Assembly: GCF_037902255.1 (NCBI RefSeq)
Contig: NZ_CP147990.1
Location: 1,260,001 to 1,292,000 of the forward strand
Origin: Candidatus Electrothrix sp. GW3-4
GTDB lineage: Bacteria; Desulfobacterota; Desulfobulbia; Desulfobulbales; Desulfobulbaceae
Direction: 5' to 3'
Length of the DNA: 32,000 nucleotides
Part shown: positions 1 to 7,753 of the stretch, one piece after another
Layout: every line of letters begins with the position of its first letter
How positions within the stretch are numbered: position 1 is the stretch's first letter
Notes under the pieces: generated by a model
Seen by the model: the letters and a program-made list of their open reading frames with translations, nothing else
What the model was told of the DNA's origin: nothing
The model's database searches: none
Translations under genes and position numbers: made by a program

Positions 1-198
1 ATTCGGGATGAATATATTGAACTGGACAAGCTCCTTAAACTGGCGAATCTGGCTGCCAGTGGTGGGGAAGCAAAATATATGATCAGTCAAGGTATGGTCT
101 TGGTCAACGGGGAACCAGACACCAGAAAGCGGAGAAAGACCCGGGTGGGTGAGAAAGTGCTGTGTCATGGGGTGGAGGTGGAGATTGTTGCTGAGTGA
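1..198 (+). CDS. S4-domain RNA-binding protein (YbcJ-like), 3' fragment cut by the window edge
   Basis: Frame 1 is open from base 1 to TGA at 196-198. It translates to ...LDKLLKLANLAASGGEAKYMISQGMVLVNGEPDTRKRRKTRVGEKV..., which matches the small S4/YbcJ pattern (GGeAK...G.V.VNGe..tRr.rK) as I remember it. Confidence 0.7.
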   Translation: MRDEYIELDKLLKLANLAASGGEAKYMISQGMVLVNGEPDTRKRRKTRVGEKVLCHGVEVEIVAE

Positions 199-410
199 AG
201 GTTGATTCTCCGGTGGACTTTTAGGCCGTATTGCGCTAAATGTCCTTGCCGGAACCGAGAACCCACGGTCTTGTCGAGCTGGAAGTAAGGAAAAAGCAAG
301 GGGCGGGAGTGAGCAGCCTATCCTCTTCTCCCTTACTTGATATTAAGCGTGATTCTAAGACCGGTCAACGATCACCCAAGCACGAGAGCTGCAACAAGCT
401 TACGAAAGAT

Positions 411-1853
411 ATGAACAGAGATATTTATCAGGAACCCCTGGTCAGTCGTTATACCTCGCCGGAAATGCAGGAGCTCTTTTCCGAGTGTTTCAAATTCACC
501 ACTTGGCGCCGTTGTTGGATTGCCCTGGCAGAGGCCCAGCATGAACTGGGCCTGGAGCTGGTGAACCAGGAGATGATCGACGAGCTCAAGGCCCATGCCA
601 AGGATGTTGATTTTGAGGTTGCCGCTGCCAAGGAAAAAGAGATCCGTCATGATGTTATGGCCCATGTCTATGCCTATGGCCTGCAATGTCCCAAGGCCGA
701 GGGAATTATTCACTTGGGCGCTACTTCCCAGTTCGTGGTCTGCAATACCGATCTGATCATCCAGAAGAAGGCCCTGCAGCTGATCAAAAAGACCCTGATC
801 AACACCATTGCCAATCTCTCGACCTTTTGCCGCTCCTATAAGGATCTGGCCACCCTGGGCTTTACCCATTACCAGCCTGCCCAGCCCACCACCGTGGGGA
901 AACGTAATACGCTCTATATCCAGGATCTGCTCATGGATCTGGAATATATCGAGGCCTTAGAGCAACAGGTCAAGGCCAGAGGAGCCAAGGGTACCGTAGG
1001 CACCCAGGCCACCTTCCTGGAGTTGTTTCAGGGCGATCATGGCAAGGTGCGTGAACTGGATCGGTTGGTTTCCGAGAAACTGGGCTTTGCCACGGTTTTC
1101 CCGGTCACTGGTCAGACCTATCCCCGTAAGCTGGATATGAAAACCGCAGAGACCCTGGCCGGTATCGGGGCCTCGGCCCATAAATTTGCCGTGGATGTCC
1201 GTCTGCTCTCCAACCTCAAGGTCCAGGAAGAGCCCTTTGCCAAGAAGCAGGTGGGCAGCTCGGCTATGGCCTATAAGCGTAATCCCATGCGTTCGGAGCG
1301 GATGACAGGATTGGCCCGTAAGCTCATGGGGCTGCCAGCCAATTTTGCCGCCACCGCAGCTAATCAGTGGTTTGAGCGCACCCTGGATGACTCCGCCATC
1401 CGCCGGATGGATATGGCCCAGGCCTATCTCCTTACCGATGCCATCCTTAAGCTGTACGTCAACATCACCAGCGATATGGTAGTCTATCCCAAGCAGGTAG
1501 AACGTTACCTGCGGGCCGAGTTGCCTTTTATGTCCACCGAGAAGATCCTCATGGAGTGTGTGGAGAAGGGAGAGAGCCGTCAGGAGATGCACGAGGTCAT
1601 TCGGGAGCATTCTGTGGCTGCGGGCCTGGCGGTGAAAGAACAGGGCCTGGAGAACGATCTCCTCAACCGCTTGGCCGATGATGAACGGGTGCCTTTTGCC
1701 CTGGATGAGTTGGATGGTATGATCAGTAATTACCAGGAATTCACGGGCAGGGCTGCTGAGCAGACTGATGAGTTCCTGGATGAGGTGGTGGCTCCGATCC
1801 TGGAGAGATATCAGGATCAGCTTGGTGGAATCGATGCCTCACTCAAGGTCTGA
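411..1853 (+). CDS. purB: Adenylosuccinate lyase
   Basis: The ORF track gives 240..1853. The conserved N-terminus (MNRDIYQEPLVSRYTSPEMQELFSE) begins at the ATG at 411. Fumarate-lyase-family features are present: GATSQFV, TVGKRN, and the signature SSAMAYKRNPMRSE. The 240-410 extension looks non-coding. Confidence 0.93.
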   Translation: MNRDIYQEPLVSRYTSPEMQELFSECFKFTTWRRCWIALAEAQHELGLELVNQEMIDELKAHAKDVDFEVAAAKEKEIRHDVMAHVYAYGLQCPKAEGIIHLGATSQFVVCNTDLIIQKKALQLIKKTLINTIANLSTFCRSYKDLATLGFTHYQPAQPTTVGKRNTLYIQDLLMDLEYIEALEQQVKARGAKGTVGTQATFLELFQGDHGKVRELDRLVSEKLGFATVFPVTGQTYPRKLDMKTAETLAGIGASAHKFAVDVRLLSNLKVQEEPFAKKQVGSSAMAYKRNPMRSERMTGLARKLMGLPANFAATAANQWFERTLDDSAIRRMDMAQAYLLTDAILKLYVNITSDMVVYPKQVERYLRAELPFMSTEKILMECVEKGESRQEMHEVIREHSVAAGLAVKEQGLENDLLNRLADDERVPFALDELDGMISNYQEFTGRAAEQTDEFLDEVVAPILERYQDQLGGIDASLKV

Positions 1854-1872
1854 AAAGGTGGAAAGGGGGACG

Positions 1873-2097
1873 GTGAGCCGTGCCCCTGAGGCAATGTGTA
1901 CCTTTTATCTCAGGGTACGTCCTGAGCGGATAGCCCTTTTTCGTTTTTTGTTGGAGGGCTACGATGGTCTGGCCGTGCTTTCCACGATGGATGCCAAGGA
2001 CGGGCTGGTCAGGCTGATCGTACCAGCATCCAGATATACGGAGCTCTGGGATTTGTTGTTTGCCATTTGTGAGGATCTGTGCCAGGTGGATAATTAA
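1873..2097 (+). CDS. Small DUF4911-like protein
   Basis: The ORF 1768..2097 overlaps the purB 3' end, so the likely start is GTG 1873 (after AGGGGGA) or ATG 1894. The segment ...FYLRVRPERIALFRFLLEGYDGLAVLSTMD...GLVRLIV... resembles the DUF4911 family often found next to purB. This is recalled from memory, not searched. Confidence 0.55.
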   Translation: MSRAPEAMCTFYLRVRPERIALFRFLLEGYDGLAVLSTMDAKDGLVRLIVPASRYTELWDLLFAICEDLCQVDN

Positions 2098-2119
2098 CGC
2101 GGGCTAATCGGCCGCGTTA
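2095..2119. terminator. Hairpin between convergent genes, overlapping both stop codons
   Basis: TAACGCGG (2095-2102) pairs with CCGCGTTA (2112-2119) around a 9-nt loop. There is no clear U-tract on either strand. Confidence 0.35.
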
Positions 2120-2736
2120 GGCGTATCCTCTTTCTCCAGCTTGTTTAGAGCCCCAGAAATTTCTTCTGTAAAGTATTTATGTGTGGCGTTAGAAAGGTCG
2201 AGGTTCGCCAGAATCTGTCGAAGCTGTTCTTCATTTTTTTCCGGCTCGGCAATGAGCCGTTGCAGGACAATATGTCCTTGAGCGCCTTTCCGTTGCAGGA
2301 TAAAGTCCGCATCGCTACGGGTGGCCCTTGTATGCATACTGATGGCAAGGCCTATTGATATACTGATAAAGGCTATAACCGAGATCACAGTCATAGCCAG
2401 GTGTGATGTCTTGGAGAGTTCTTGTCGTTTTTGGGGAAGAGAAGTGTCGATCGACGTGTAGAGGGCCATGCCGCCGAGCAGGACAAAGGCCCAAGGGCCA
2501 ATGAATGCACCGGCGGCAATCAATGCCAGGAAGATCCAGAGAACAGCTGAGAAGGGACGACCGACAGCCGTCCTGACGGCAAAAAACCAGATTGTTATAC
2601 CAAGATACCACCACTGCGAATGTGGCAGGGTATATTCAAATGATGAGAAAATGCATACTGTACAGGCTGCTGCTGTCGCTGGCAGGCTTGACAGAGCAAC
2701 GGCAACAATAAGCGCTTGAGCCGTTTTTCTCATCAT
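2104..2736 (-). CDS. Hypothetical membrane protein with a signal peptide, about 4 TM helices and a soluble C-terminal tail
   Basis: The ORF 2104..2865 overlaps the glnS 3' end, so the likely start is MMRKTAQALIVAVALSSLPATAAACTVC at 2736. Several hydrophobic segments are followed by a charged helical C-terminus. I do not recognise a family. Confidence 0.55.
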   Translation of the reverse strand: MMRKTAQALIVAVALSSLPATAAACTVCIFSSFEYTLPHSQWWYLGITIWFFAVRTAVGRPFSAVLWIFLALIAAGAFIGPWAFVLLGGMALYTSIDTSLPQKRQELSKTSHLAMTVISVIAFISISIGLAISMHTRATRSDADFILQRKGAQGHIVLQRLIAEPEKNEEQLRQILANLDLSNATHKYFTEEISGALNKLEKEDTPNAAD

Positions 2737-2752
2737 TTTCCAATAGCTTTTA

Positions 2753-4438
2753 TCACTTGCTATTGATCTTCGCCCAACTATCCCGCAGAGTAACAATGCG
2801 GTTGAAGACCGGCTTGTCCGGCTGGCTCTCCTTGCTGTCCAGGCAGAAGTACCCCTGCCGTTCAAACTGGACCCGATCTACTACACTCAGTTCTGCCAGC
2901 GAGGGCTCCAGGATACTGTTCTCTAGCACCTGACAGGACTCAGGATTGAGGAACTCTTTAAAGTCCTTTTCCTTGTCCGCATCCGGGTTCTCCACGCTGA
3001 AGAGGCGGTCGTAGAGGCGAACCTCTGCCGGGATACCGTGCTTGGCAGAAACCCAGTGGATGGTCCCCTTGACCTTGCGTCCGTCCGGGGCAGAACCTCC
3101 CTTGGTCTCAGGATCATAAGTGCAGTGCAGTTCCACCACCTCGCCGTTTTCATCCTTGATAGCCTTGTCACAGGTGATCAGATAGGCGTAGCGCAGGCGT
3201 ACCTCCCGGCCCTCAGTGAGGCGGAAGAACTTCCGGGGTGCGTTCTCCATGTAATCGTTTCGTTCCACATAGATCTCCCGACTGAAGGGGAGGGTACGCG
3301 TTCCCATTTCAGGATTCTGGGGATGATTCTGGGCCTCCAGCTCTTCTTCCTTATCCTCAGGATAATTGGTAATTACGATTTTGAGGGGATTGAGCACACC
3401 CATGACCCTGGGTGCATGCACGTTCAAGTCATCGCGTACAGAGTTTTCCAGCACGCCCATGTCAATCCAGGAATCCCGTTTGCCCACGCCGATAGTATCA
3501 CAAAAATTACGGATGGAGGCAGGTGTGTAGCCGCGTCGTCGCAGACCAGAGATGGTCAGCATGCGGGGGTCGTCCCAGCCATCTACGTGTTTTTCGTTGA
3601 CCAGCTGGAGGAGCTTGCGCTTGCTCATTACAGTGAAGTTGATGTTCAGGCGGGCAAATTCGTACTGGCGCGGGCGGCAGGGTGTCGCTAGAGTGTCCAG
3701 AACCCAGTCGTAGACCGCGCGGTTGTTCTCAAACTCCAGGGTGCAGATGGAATGGGTGATCTGCTCAATCATATCGGAGAGACAGTGGCAGAAATCGTAC
3801 ATCGGGTAGATGCACCATTTATCGCCGGTGCGATGGTGGTGTTTTTTCATGATCCGGTAGATGGTCGGATCGCGCATGATCATATTGGGCGCGGTCATGT
3901 CGATCTTGGCCCGCAGGGAGCAGGTACCTTCCTCCAGCTCGCCGTTTTTCATCTGTTCAAACAGGGCCAGGTTTTCCTCTACTGAGCGGTCGCGGTACGG
4001 GCTGTTCTTGCCCGGCTCGGTCAGGGTGCCCCGGTATTCGCGCATCTCATCCCCGCTGAGATGGCAGACATAGGCCTTGCCCATCTTGATCAGCTGAACC
4101 GCGAAGTCGTGCAGTTGCTCGAAGTAATCCGAAGCGTAATGGAGGTGCTCGCCCCAGTCAAAGCCCAGCCAGCGCACGTCCTCCTGGATGGCGTCTACGT
4201 ATTCGGTGGATTCTTTGCCTGGATTGGTGTCGTCAAAGCGGAGATGACAGACACCGTTGTTCTCCTTGGCAATGCCGAAGTTCAGGCAGATGGACTTGGC
4301 GTGGCCGATATGGAGGAAGCCGTTGGGCTCCGGCGGGAATCGGGTGACGATGTTGCTGTGCTTGCCGGTTTTCAAATCGTCGGCAACAATCTGGCGGACG
4401 AAGTCAAGGGGTTTGGATGGGGTATTTATATCACTCAT
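2753..4438 (-). CDS. glnS: Glutamine--tRNA ligase
   Basis: 561 aa. It has the class I HIGH motif (FLHIGHAKS), the KMSKS variant (VMSKRKL), and the typical GlnRS N-terminus ([26 protein letters not shown]). Confidence 0.95.
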   Translation of the reverse strand: MSDINTPSKPLDFVRQIVADDLKTGKHSNIVTRFPPEPNGFLHIGHAKSICLNFGIAKENNGVCHLRFDDTNPGKESTEYVDAIQEDVRWLGFDWGEHLHYASDYFEQLHDFAVQLIKMGKAYVCHLSGDEMREYRGTLTEPGKNSPYRDRSVEENLALFEQMKNGELEEGTCSLRAKIDMTAPNMIMRDPTIYRIMKKHHHRTGDKWCIYPMYDFCHCLSDMIEQITHSICTLEFENNRAVYDWVLDTLATPCRPRQYEFARLNINFTVMSKRKLLQLVNEKHVDGWDDPRMLTISGLRRRGYTPASIRNFCDTIGVGKRDSWIDMGVLENSVRDDLNVHAPRVMGVLNPLKIVITNYPEDKEEELEAQNHPQNPEMGTRTLPFSREIYVERNDYMENAPRKFFRLTEGREVRLRYAYLITCDKAIKDENGEVVELHCTYDPETKGGSAPDGRKVKGTIHWVSAKHGIPAEVRLYDRLFSVENPDADKEKDFKEFLNPESCQVLENSILEPSLAELSVVDRVQFERQGYFCLDSKESQPDKPVFNRIVTLRDSWAKINSK

Positions 4439-4462
4439 AGTAGAAGATAATCTCTATTGTTG

Positions 4463-4963
4463 TTAAAGAATTTCTCGTATCAGGAAAACAACGATCAGCA
4501 GCATAAGAAAAATATGTGGGTACATCACCTGAGAATAAAACATCATTCTCAGCCATTTTTTCTCCTTTCTATTTTGCTCCATCTTTTTTATATATGAATC
4601 AATAATGTTTGGATATTTTATATCTTCTTGATTGTTATGAATCGCATTCTCAATTTCTTTGGCTCTCAGCATATGTCCATTTTGGATCATCTTGTACCAT
4701 GATTCTGTTGTCCAGAATGAAAGGCTTAGTATAAAGCCAGCCAGTAACACAGAGATGTTGTGCTGTGTTACTCCAATACTTAAAACGATACCTGATAACG
4801 TTACTCCCCATGTCTTTGTTTTGAAAAAATGAGTATCGTATGATTGGATTATATCTACAATTTTATTGTATTCATCAAGAAGAATCTTTTCGAGTTCTTT
4901 GTTTTCGATCATGATCAATTTTATAAATTGAAGTGTTTTAACTCGGGAAGTTGGAATATTCAC
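4463..4963 (-). CDS. Orphan AT-rich hypothetical membrane protein with 3 predicted TM segments
   Basis: The ORF is 166 aa from GTG 4963, or 149 aa from ATG 4912 (MIENKELEK...). Neither start has an obvious SD. Hydrophobic segments are WGVTLSGIVLSIGV, ISVLLAGFILSLSFW and MYPHIFLMLLIVVFLI. Composition is much more AT-rich than the flanks: two 60-nt lines counted by hand gave 14/60 and 24/60 G+C. I do not recognise a family. Confidence 0.6.
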   Translation of the reverse strand: MNIPTSRVKTLQFIKLIMIENKELEKILLDEYNKIVDIIQSYDTHFFKTKTWGVTLSGIVLSIGVTQHNISVLLAGFILSLSFWTTESWYKMIQNGHMLRAKEIENAIHNNQEDIKYPNIIDSYIKKMEQNRKEKKWLRMMFYSQVMYPHIFLMLLIVVFLIREIL

Positions 4964-5108
4964 AGCAAATTACACGTGCAAAGACTCCTGCCCAACGAGT
5001 AAACAGAGCATTCAAACATCGAAATGCTTCCTGCAAACATCTGAAACTTCCTGCGCAACGTGTAGATGCTCCTTTCACACGTTTAAACGCAGTATTAACA
5101 TGTATGAG
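4962..5108. repeat. Seven degenerate tandem 21-nt repeats
   Basis: Units start at 4962, 4983, 5004, 5025, 5046, 5067 and 5088. Examples are gactcctgcccaacgagtaaa, tgcttcctgcaaacatctgaa, acttcctgcgcaacgtgtaga and tgctcctttcacacgtttaaa. The AAC(G/A)T core and the trailing AAA stay in register. Confidence 0.8.
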
Positions 5109-5195
5109 AGATCTATCTTAAACCGAACTGGTTAATTATGTTGCCAGACTAAACGTATTTTTTTCTCCCTGTCAAGCATTGTCCTTGCTGCTTAC

Positions 5196-5228
5196 CAAAG
5201 AAAAGCTGCCGGGAAAGACCCGTTCAGC
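5196..5228 (-). terminator. Rho-independent terminator candidate downstream of the LtaS-family gene
   Basis: On the - strand, GCTGAACGGG / CCCGGCAGC (5205-5228) form an imperfect stem followed by TTTTCTTTG (complement of 5196-5204). Confidence 0.5.
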
Positions 5229-5297
5229 CACGCCTACATTATATCGAAGGCTCAGGTCGCATAGAGAAAGGGCAAGCAAAAGCCAACCGGTAGTCGC

Positions 5298-7223
5298 TCA
5301 ATAGAGGCGGTCAAAGACTCTATCGCTGAAGAGCAGTTCCTGGTTTGATTTTAAGAGGCTGATCACCCACTGCGTTTTTTCCTGATGATGTTGCCTAACC
5401 TCATGAAAGTTAAATTGCTCACCATCTCTATGAAGAAGATCCCCCTGCAGGGTAAAGAGAAGATGTTCATCAGATCGCTTCATCGCAGTACCCTTGGGTG
5501 GTGGTGGGTAATGTTCAGCAAAGGCCTCTGAACCGGAGCTGTAGATATATTCATTCCCTCTGCGGTAACTCCATTTCATAACATGCTGCATCAGGGCGAA
5601 GCGTTCCTGACTCGGATCTTCATTCAGCATGCTCTGGCCCAGAAAGGCGTTTTTTCGCTGGATGCCAAGGAGATCCAATACGGTCGGGGCGACATCAAGC
5701 TGGCTTGTTACAATATCGGATACCTTGGGCTCTAAGACCGCAGGCGCGTAAAAGAGTAAGGGCATCCTAAAATACGCCTCCTGTTTCTCAACTGTGGTCA
5801 GCTTCTCTTCTGGCGGAAAGTACCAGATACCGTGGTCAGAGGTGATGATGAACAGGGTGTTGTCAAAGTAGGGCTTCTTTTGCATCCTCTTCATAAACGC
5901 CCCCATTGCCCAGTCGGTATAGTAGATCCCGCGACAGTAGTTGCTGTACTTTTTATCCGCAGTCTTTGGCAGGGTCTCCGGCGTTTTGCTATACGGAAAG
6001 TCAAAGGGCCAGTGATTGGAGAGGGTCATGATTTCGGCAAAAAATGGTCCCTCCTGCTTATCTAAGATTGATTCCGCATAGGAGAAGATCGCTTGGTCTG
6101 AATACCCCCAGCCAATTTTTTCGGTGCTGTCCGGGTCCAGTTCGCTACCATCATAAAGATCTTCGATGCCGTGCTTTTTCAGGAAACCATTTTTGTTGGC
6201 ATAGCTTGCTTTAAAGCCGCTGATCCACATTGTTCGATAGCCGTCCTCCTTTAAAATACCGGGGAGGGAACTCAGCTTGAGCTTTGGCCGTTTCATGTAA
6301 ATCGGGGTGCCGGTGAAATTTGGGTAAAAGGAACAGAGCAGCGAGAGCTCGGCCCGAACAGTTTGGGTTCCGTTGGCGTAGAAATTTGTATAGAGCTGCC
6401 CTTGCTGAGCAAGTTGATCAAATGCGGGGGTAAAACTCAGCTTTGCCCCATATGCACCTGACTCTTTTGCCCGCACTGACTCCATCAGGATGAGCACGAT
6501 ATTGGGCTGTTTGCCTTCTGGCAAGAAAGAGCTGTCTCTGTTTTGTTCCTTTGGTATTTTTATTAAGGGGTAGTGGCGGTCTGTTGAGGCGATGTAGCGG
6601 CTTGGATCAACAGCCGGGTAGAGTGAGGGCTCAATGCTCCCCCGTATTACATCTCCTTTGGAAAAAAGGCCTTTGACGACAAGTTCTCTGGCCAGATTGA
6701 GGAAGAAATTATGTTCCGAGGGCTTAAAATGTTTGGAGGCGGCAACTGAATGGATAGAGAGACAGAGGGGTAAGATCAGTAAGGCGATTCTCTTCGAGTA
6801 TTTTGTCGTTGTCTCTGTCCAGAGCACAGTAAGAAGAAAGAGGAGGAGCGGGACAAAAAGGGCAAGGGAGATCTCTCGCCAGGTTGCATTTTCAAAGACA
6901 CTGCTTTGGATGGAGAGTCCAACACTCCATTGGCCGAAGAGCTCTGCATGCACCCAATCATGAAAGACCTGGTAATAGAAGACATTGCCGATAAAGGTCA
7001 GGCTGATGAGAATACTGAGAGCTGCCGTTACAGCGATGCGTGTCTTAACGGATTGTATTTTTGTTCCAACCTGGAAGAAGAGATAAAAAAGTATTGCAAG
7101 AGAGACCGTGTCAAGAAACATAAGGGCGGTCCACTTGCTTTCAGTAGCTATAACTGTGTATGAGGAAAAAAGAAAAGCTGCAATGAGCGCTGAACAGGCT
7201 TGCAGCAGGCAATGAATAGACAC
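5298..7223 (-). CDS. LTA synthase / sulfatase-family membrane enzyme (phosphoglycerol- or phosphoethanolamine-transferase-like)
   Basis: 641 aa. An N-terminal polytopic membrane region (about 5 TM) is followed by an alkaline-phosphatase-superfamily sulfatase domain (NIVLILMESVRAKESG..., LFIITSDHG). Confidence 0.85.
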   Translation of the reverse strand: MSIHCLLQACSALIAAFLFSSYTVIATESKWTALMFLDTVSLAILFYLFFQVGTKIQSVKTRIAVTAALSILISLTFIGNVFYYQVFHDWVHAELFGQWSVGLSIQSSVFENATWREISLALFVPLLLFLLTVLWTETTTKYSKRIALLILPLCLSIHSVAASKHFKPSEHNFFLNLARELVVKGLFSKGDVIRGSIEPSLYPAVDPSRYIASTDRHYPLIKIPKEQNRDSSFLPEGKQPNIVLILMESVRAKESGAYGAKLSFTPAFDQLAQQGQLYTNFYANGTQTVRAELSLLCSFYPNFTGTPIYMKRPKLKLSSLPGILKEDGYRTMWISGFKASYANKNGFLKKHGIEDLYDGSELDPDSTEKIGWGYSDQAIFSYAESILDKQEGPFFAEIMTLSNHWPFDFPYSKTPETLPKTADKKYSNYCRGIYYTDWAMGAFMKRMQKKPYFDNTLFIITSDHGIWYFPPEEKLTTVEKQEAYFRMPLLFYAPAVLEPKVSDIVTSQLDVAPTVLDLLGIQRKNAFLGQSMLNEDPSQERFALMQHVMKWSYRRGNEYIYSSGSEAFAEHYPPPPKGTAMKRSDEHLLFTLQGDLLHRDGEQFNFHEVRQHHQEKTQWVISLLKSNQELLFSDRVFDRLY

Positions 7224-7373
7224 GATGCTCTCCTTAATGAGTCAAAAATGGGGTTGGCAATAAATGCTTTGTCATCACTCGTTATTGCTGAAGCAGTATA
7301 CTTCGGCCACCGTGTATACTCTCGAATGTTGCCTATCCCATCATGGTCTCGACATCGATCATCTTTACTTCAT

Positions 7374-7393
7374 TTTAGTGCAATTTAGTGCAA
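7374..7393. repeat. Perfect tandem duplication of the 10-mer TTTAGTGCAA
   Basis: tttagtgcaa occurs at 7374-7383 and again at 7384-7393, followed by a partial 'ttt'. It lies about 150 bp upstream of the LtaS-family start codon. Confidence 0.7.
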
Positions 7394-7428
7394 TTTCAAT
7401 ATACTCCAGCATATTTCATGCTGTGTTG

Positions 7429-7450
7429 TCCCTCCCCAGAGGGGGAGGGA
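7429..7450. terminator. GC-rich hairpin downstream of the 7461..7733 ORF
   Basis: TCCCTCCCC (7429-7437) pairs with GGGGAGGGA (7442-7450) around a 4-nt loop. There is no U-tract on either strand. Confidence 0.35.
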
Positions 7451-7460
7451 TGGGTATTAC

Positions 7461-7733
7461 TTAGGCTGTGTTTGCTGTAATACAGCGGAAAAGACAATAT
7501 GCTAACATCTGCTTGATTTTTCTCCAGGTATTTCCTGACGCCAAGGTCGCGCTGACAAAGAGGATAAAGATGCCTTGGAAAATGATCTGGTCAAAATCTT
7601 TACTGAAGTCGAGCGCATGAAAGGTGCGATTCAGGTAAACGAGGAATCCAATGAGCCCTACAGTAATGCAAAGGAAACGCGTTGCAAAGGGGAGAGACGA
7701 GTCGTCTTGCTGGCTGTCTTCTTCCTTTTTCAT
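7461..7733 (-). CDS. Small hypothetical membrane protein with an acidic N-terminus and 2 TM segments
   Basis: This 90-aa ORF lies 20 nt after the DUF445 gene. Hydrophobic segments are FLCITVGLIGFLVYL and IIFQGIFILFVSATLA. There is no SD, and a GGCCCC-N3-GGGGCC hairpin (7734-7748) abuts the ATG. Confidence 0.4.
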   Translation of the reverse strand: MKKEEDSQQDDSSLPFATRFLCITVGLIGFLVYLNRTFHALDFSKDFDQIIFQGIFILFVSATLASGNTWRKIKQMLAYCLFRCITANTA

Positions 7734-7753
7734 GGCCCCGTTGGGGCCTTATT

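Noticed and set aside
240-410. 57-aa N-terminal extension of the purB ORF
   Set aside because: The conserved adenylosuccinate lyase N-terminus begins at the ATG at 411. The extension is low-complexity (SSLSSSPLL...) and has no counterpart in PurB proteins I know.
199-410. Possible purine/ZTP riboswitch upstream of purB
   Set aside because: I looked for the conserved ZTP (pfl) and purine-riboswitch core sequences and found nothing resembling them. The only structure is a weak inverted repeat (AAGTAAGG / CCTTACTT). An Infernal scan would settle this.
1768-1872. Upstream part of the 109-aa ORF overlapping the purB 3' end
   Set aside because: This is an out-of-frame overlap with a well-supported gene. 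The recognisable DUF4911-like sequence only begins after the purB stop, so I moved the start to 1873 or 1894.
4962-5108. CRISPR array interpretation of the 21-nt repeats
   Set aside because: The units are contiguous with no spacers, degenerate and only 21 nt long, and no cas genes are present. This is a tandem repeat, not CRISPR.
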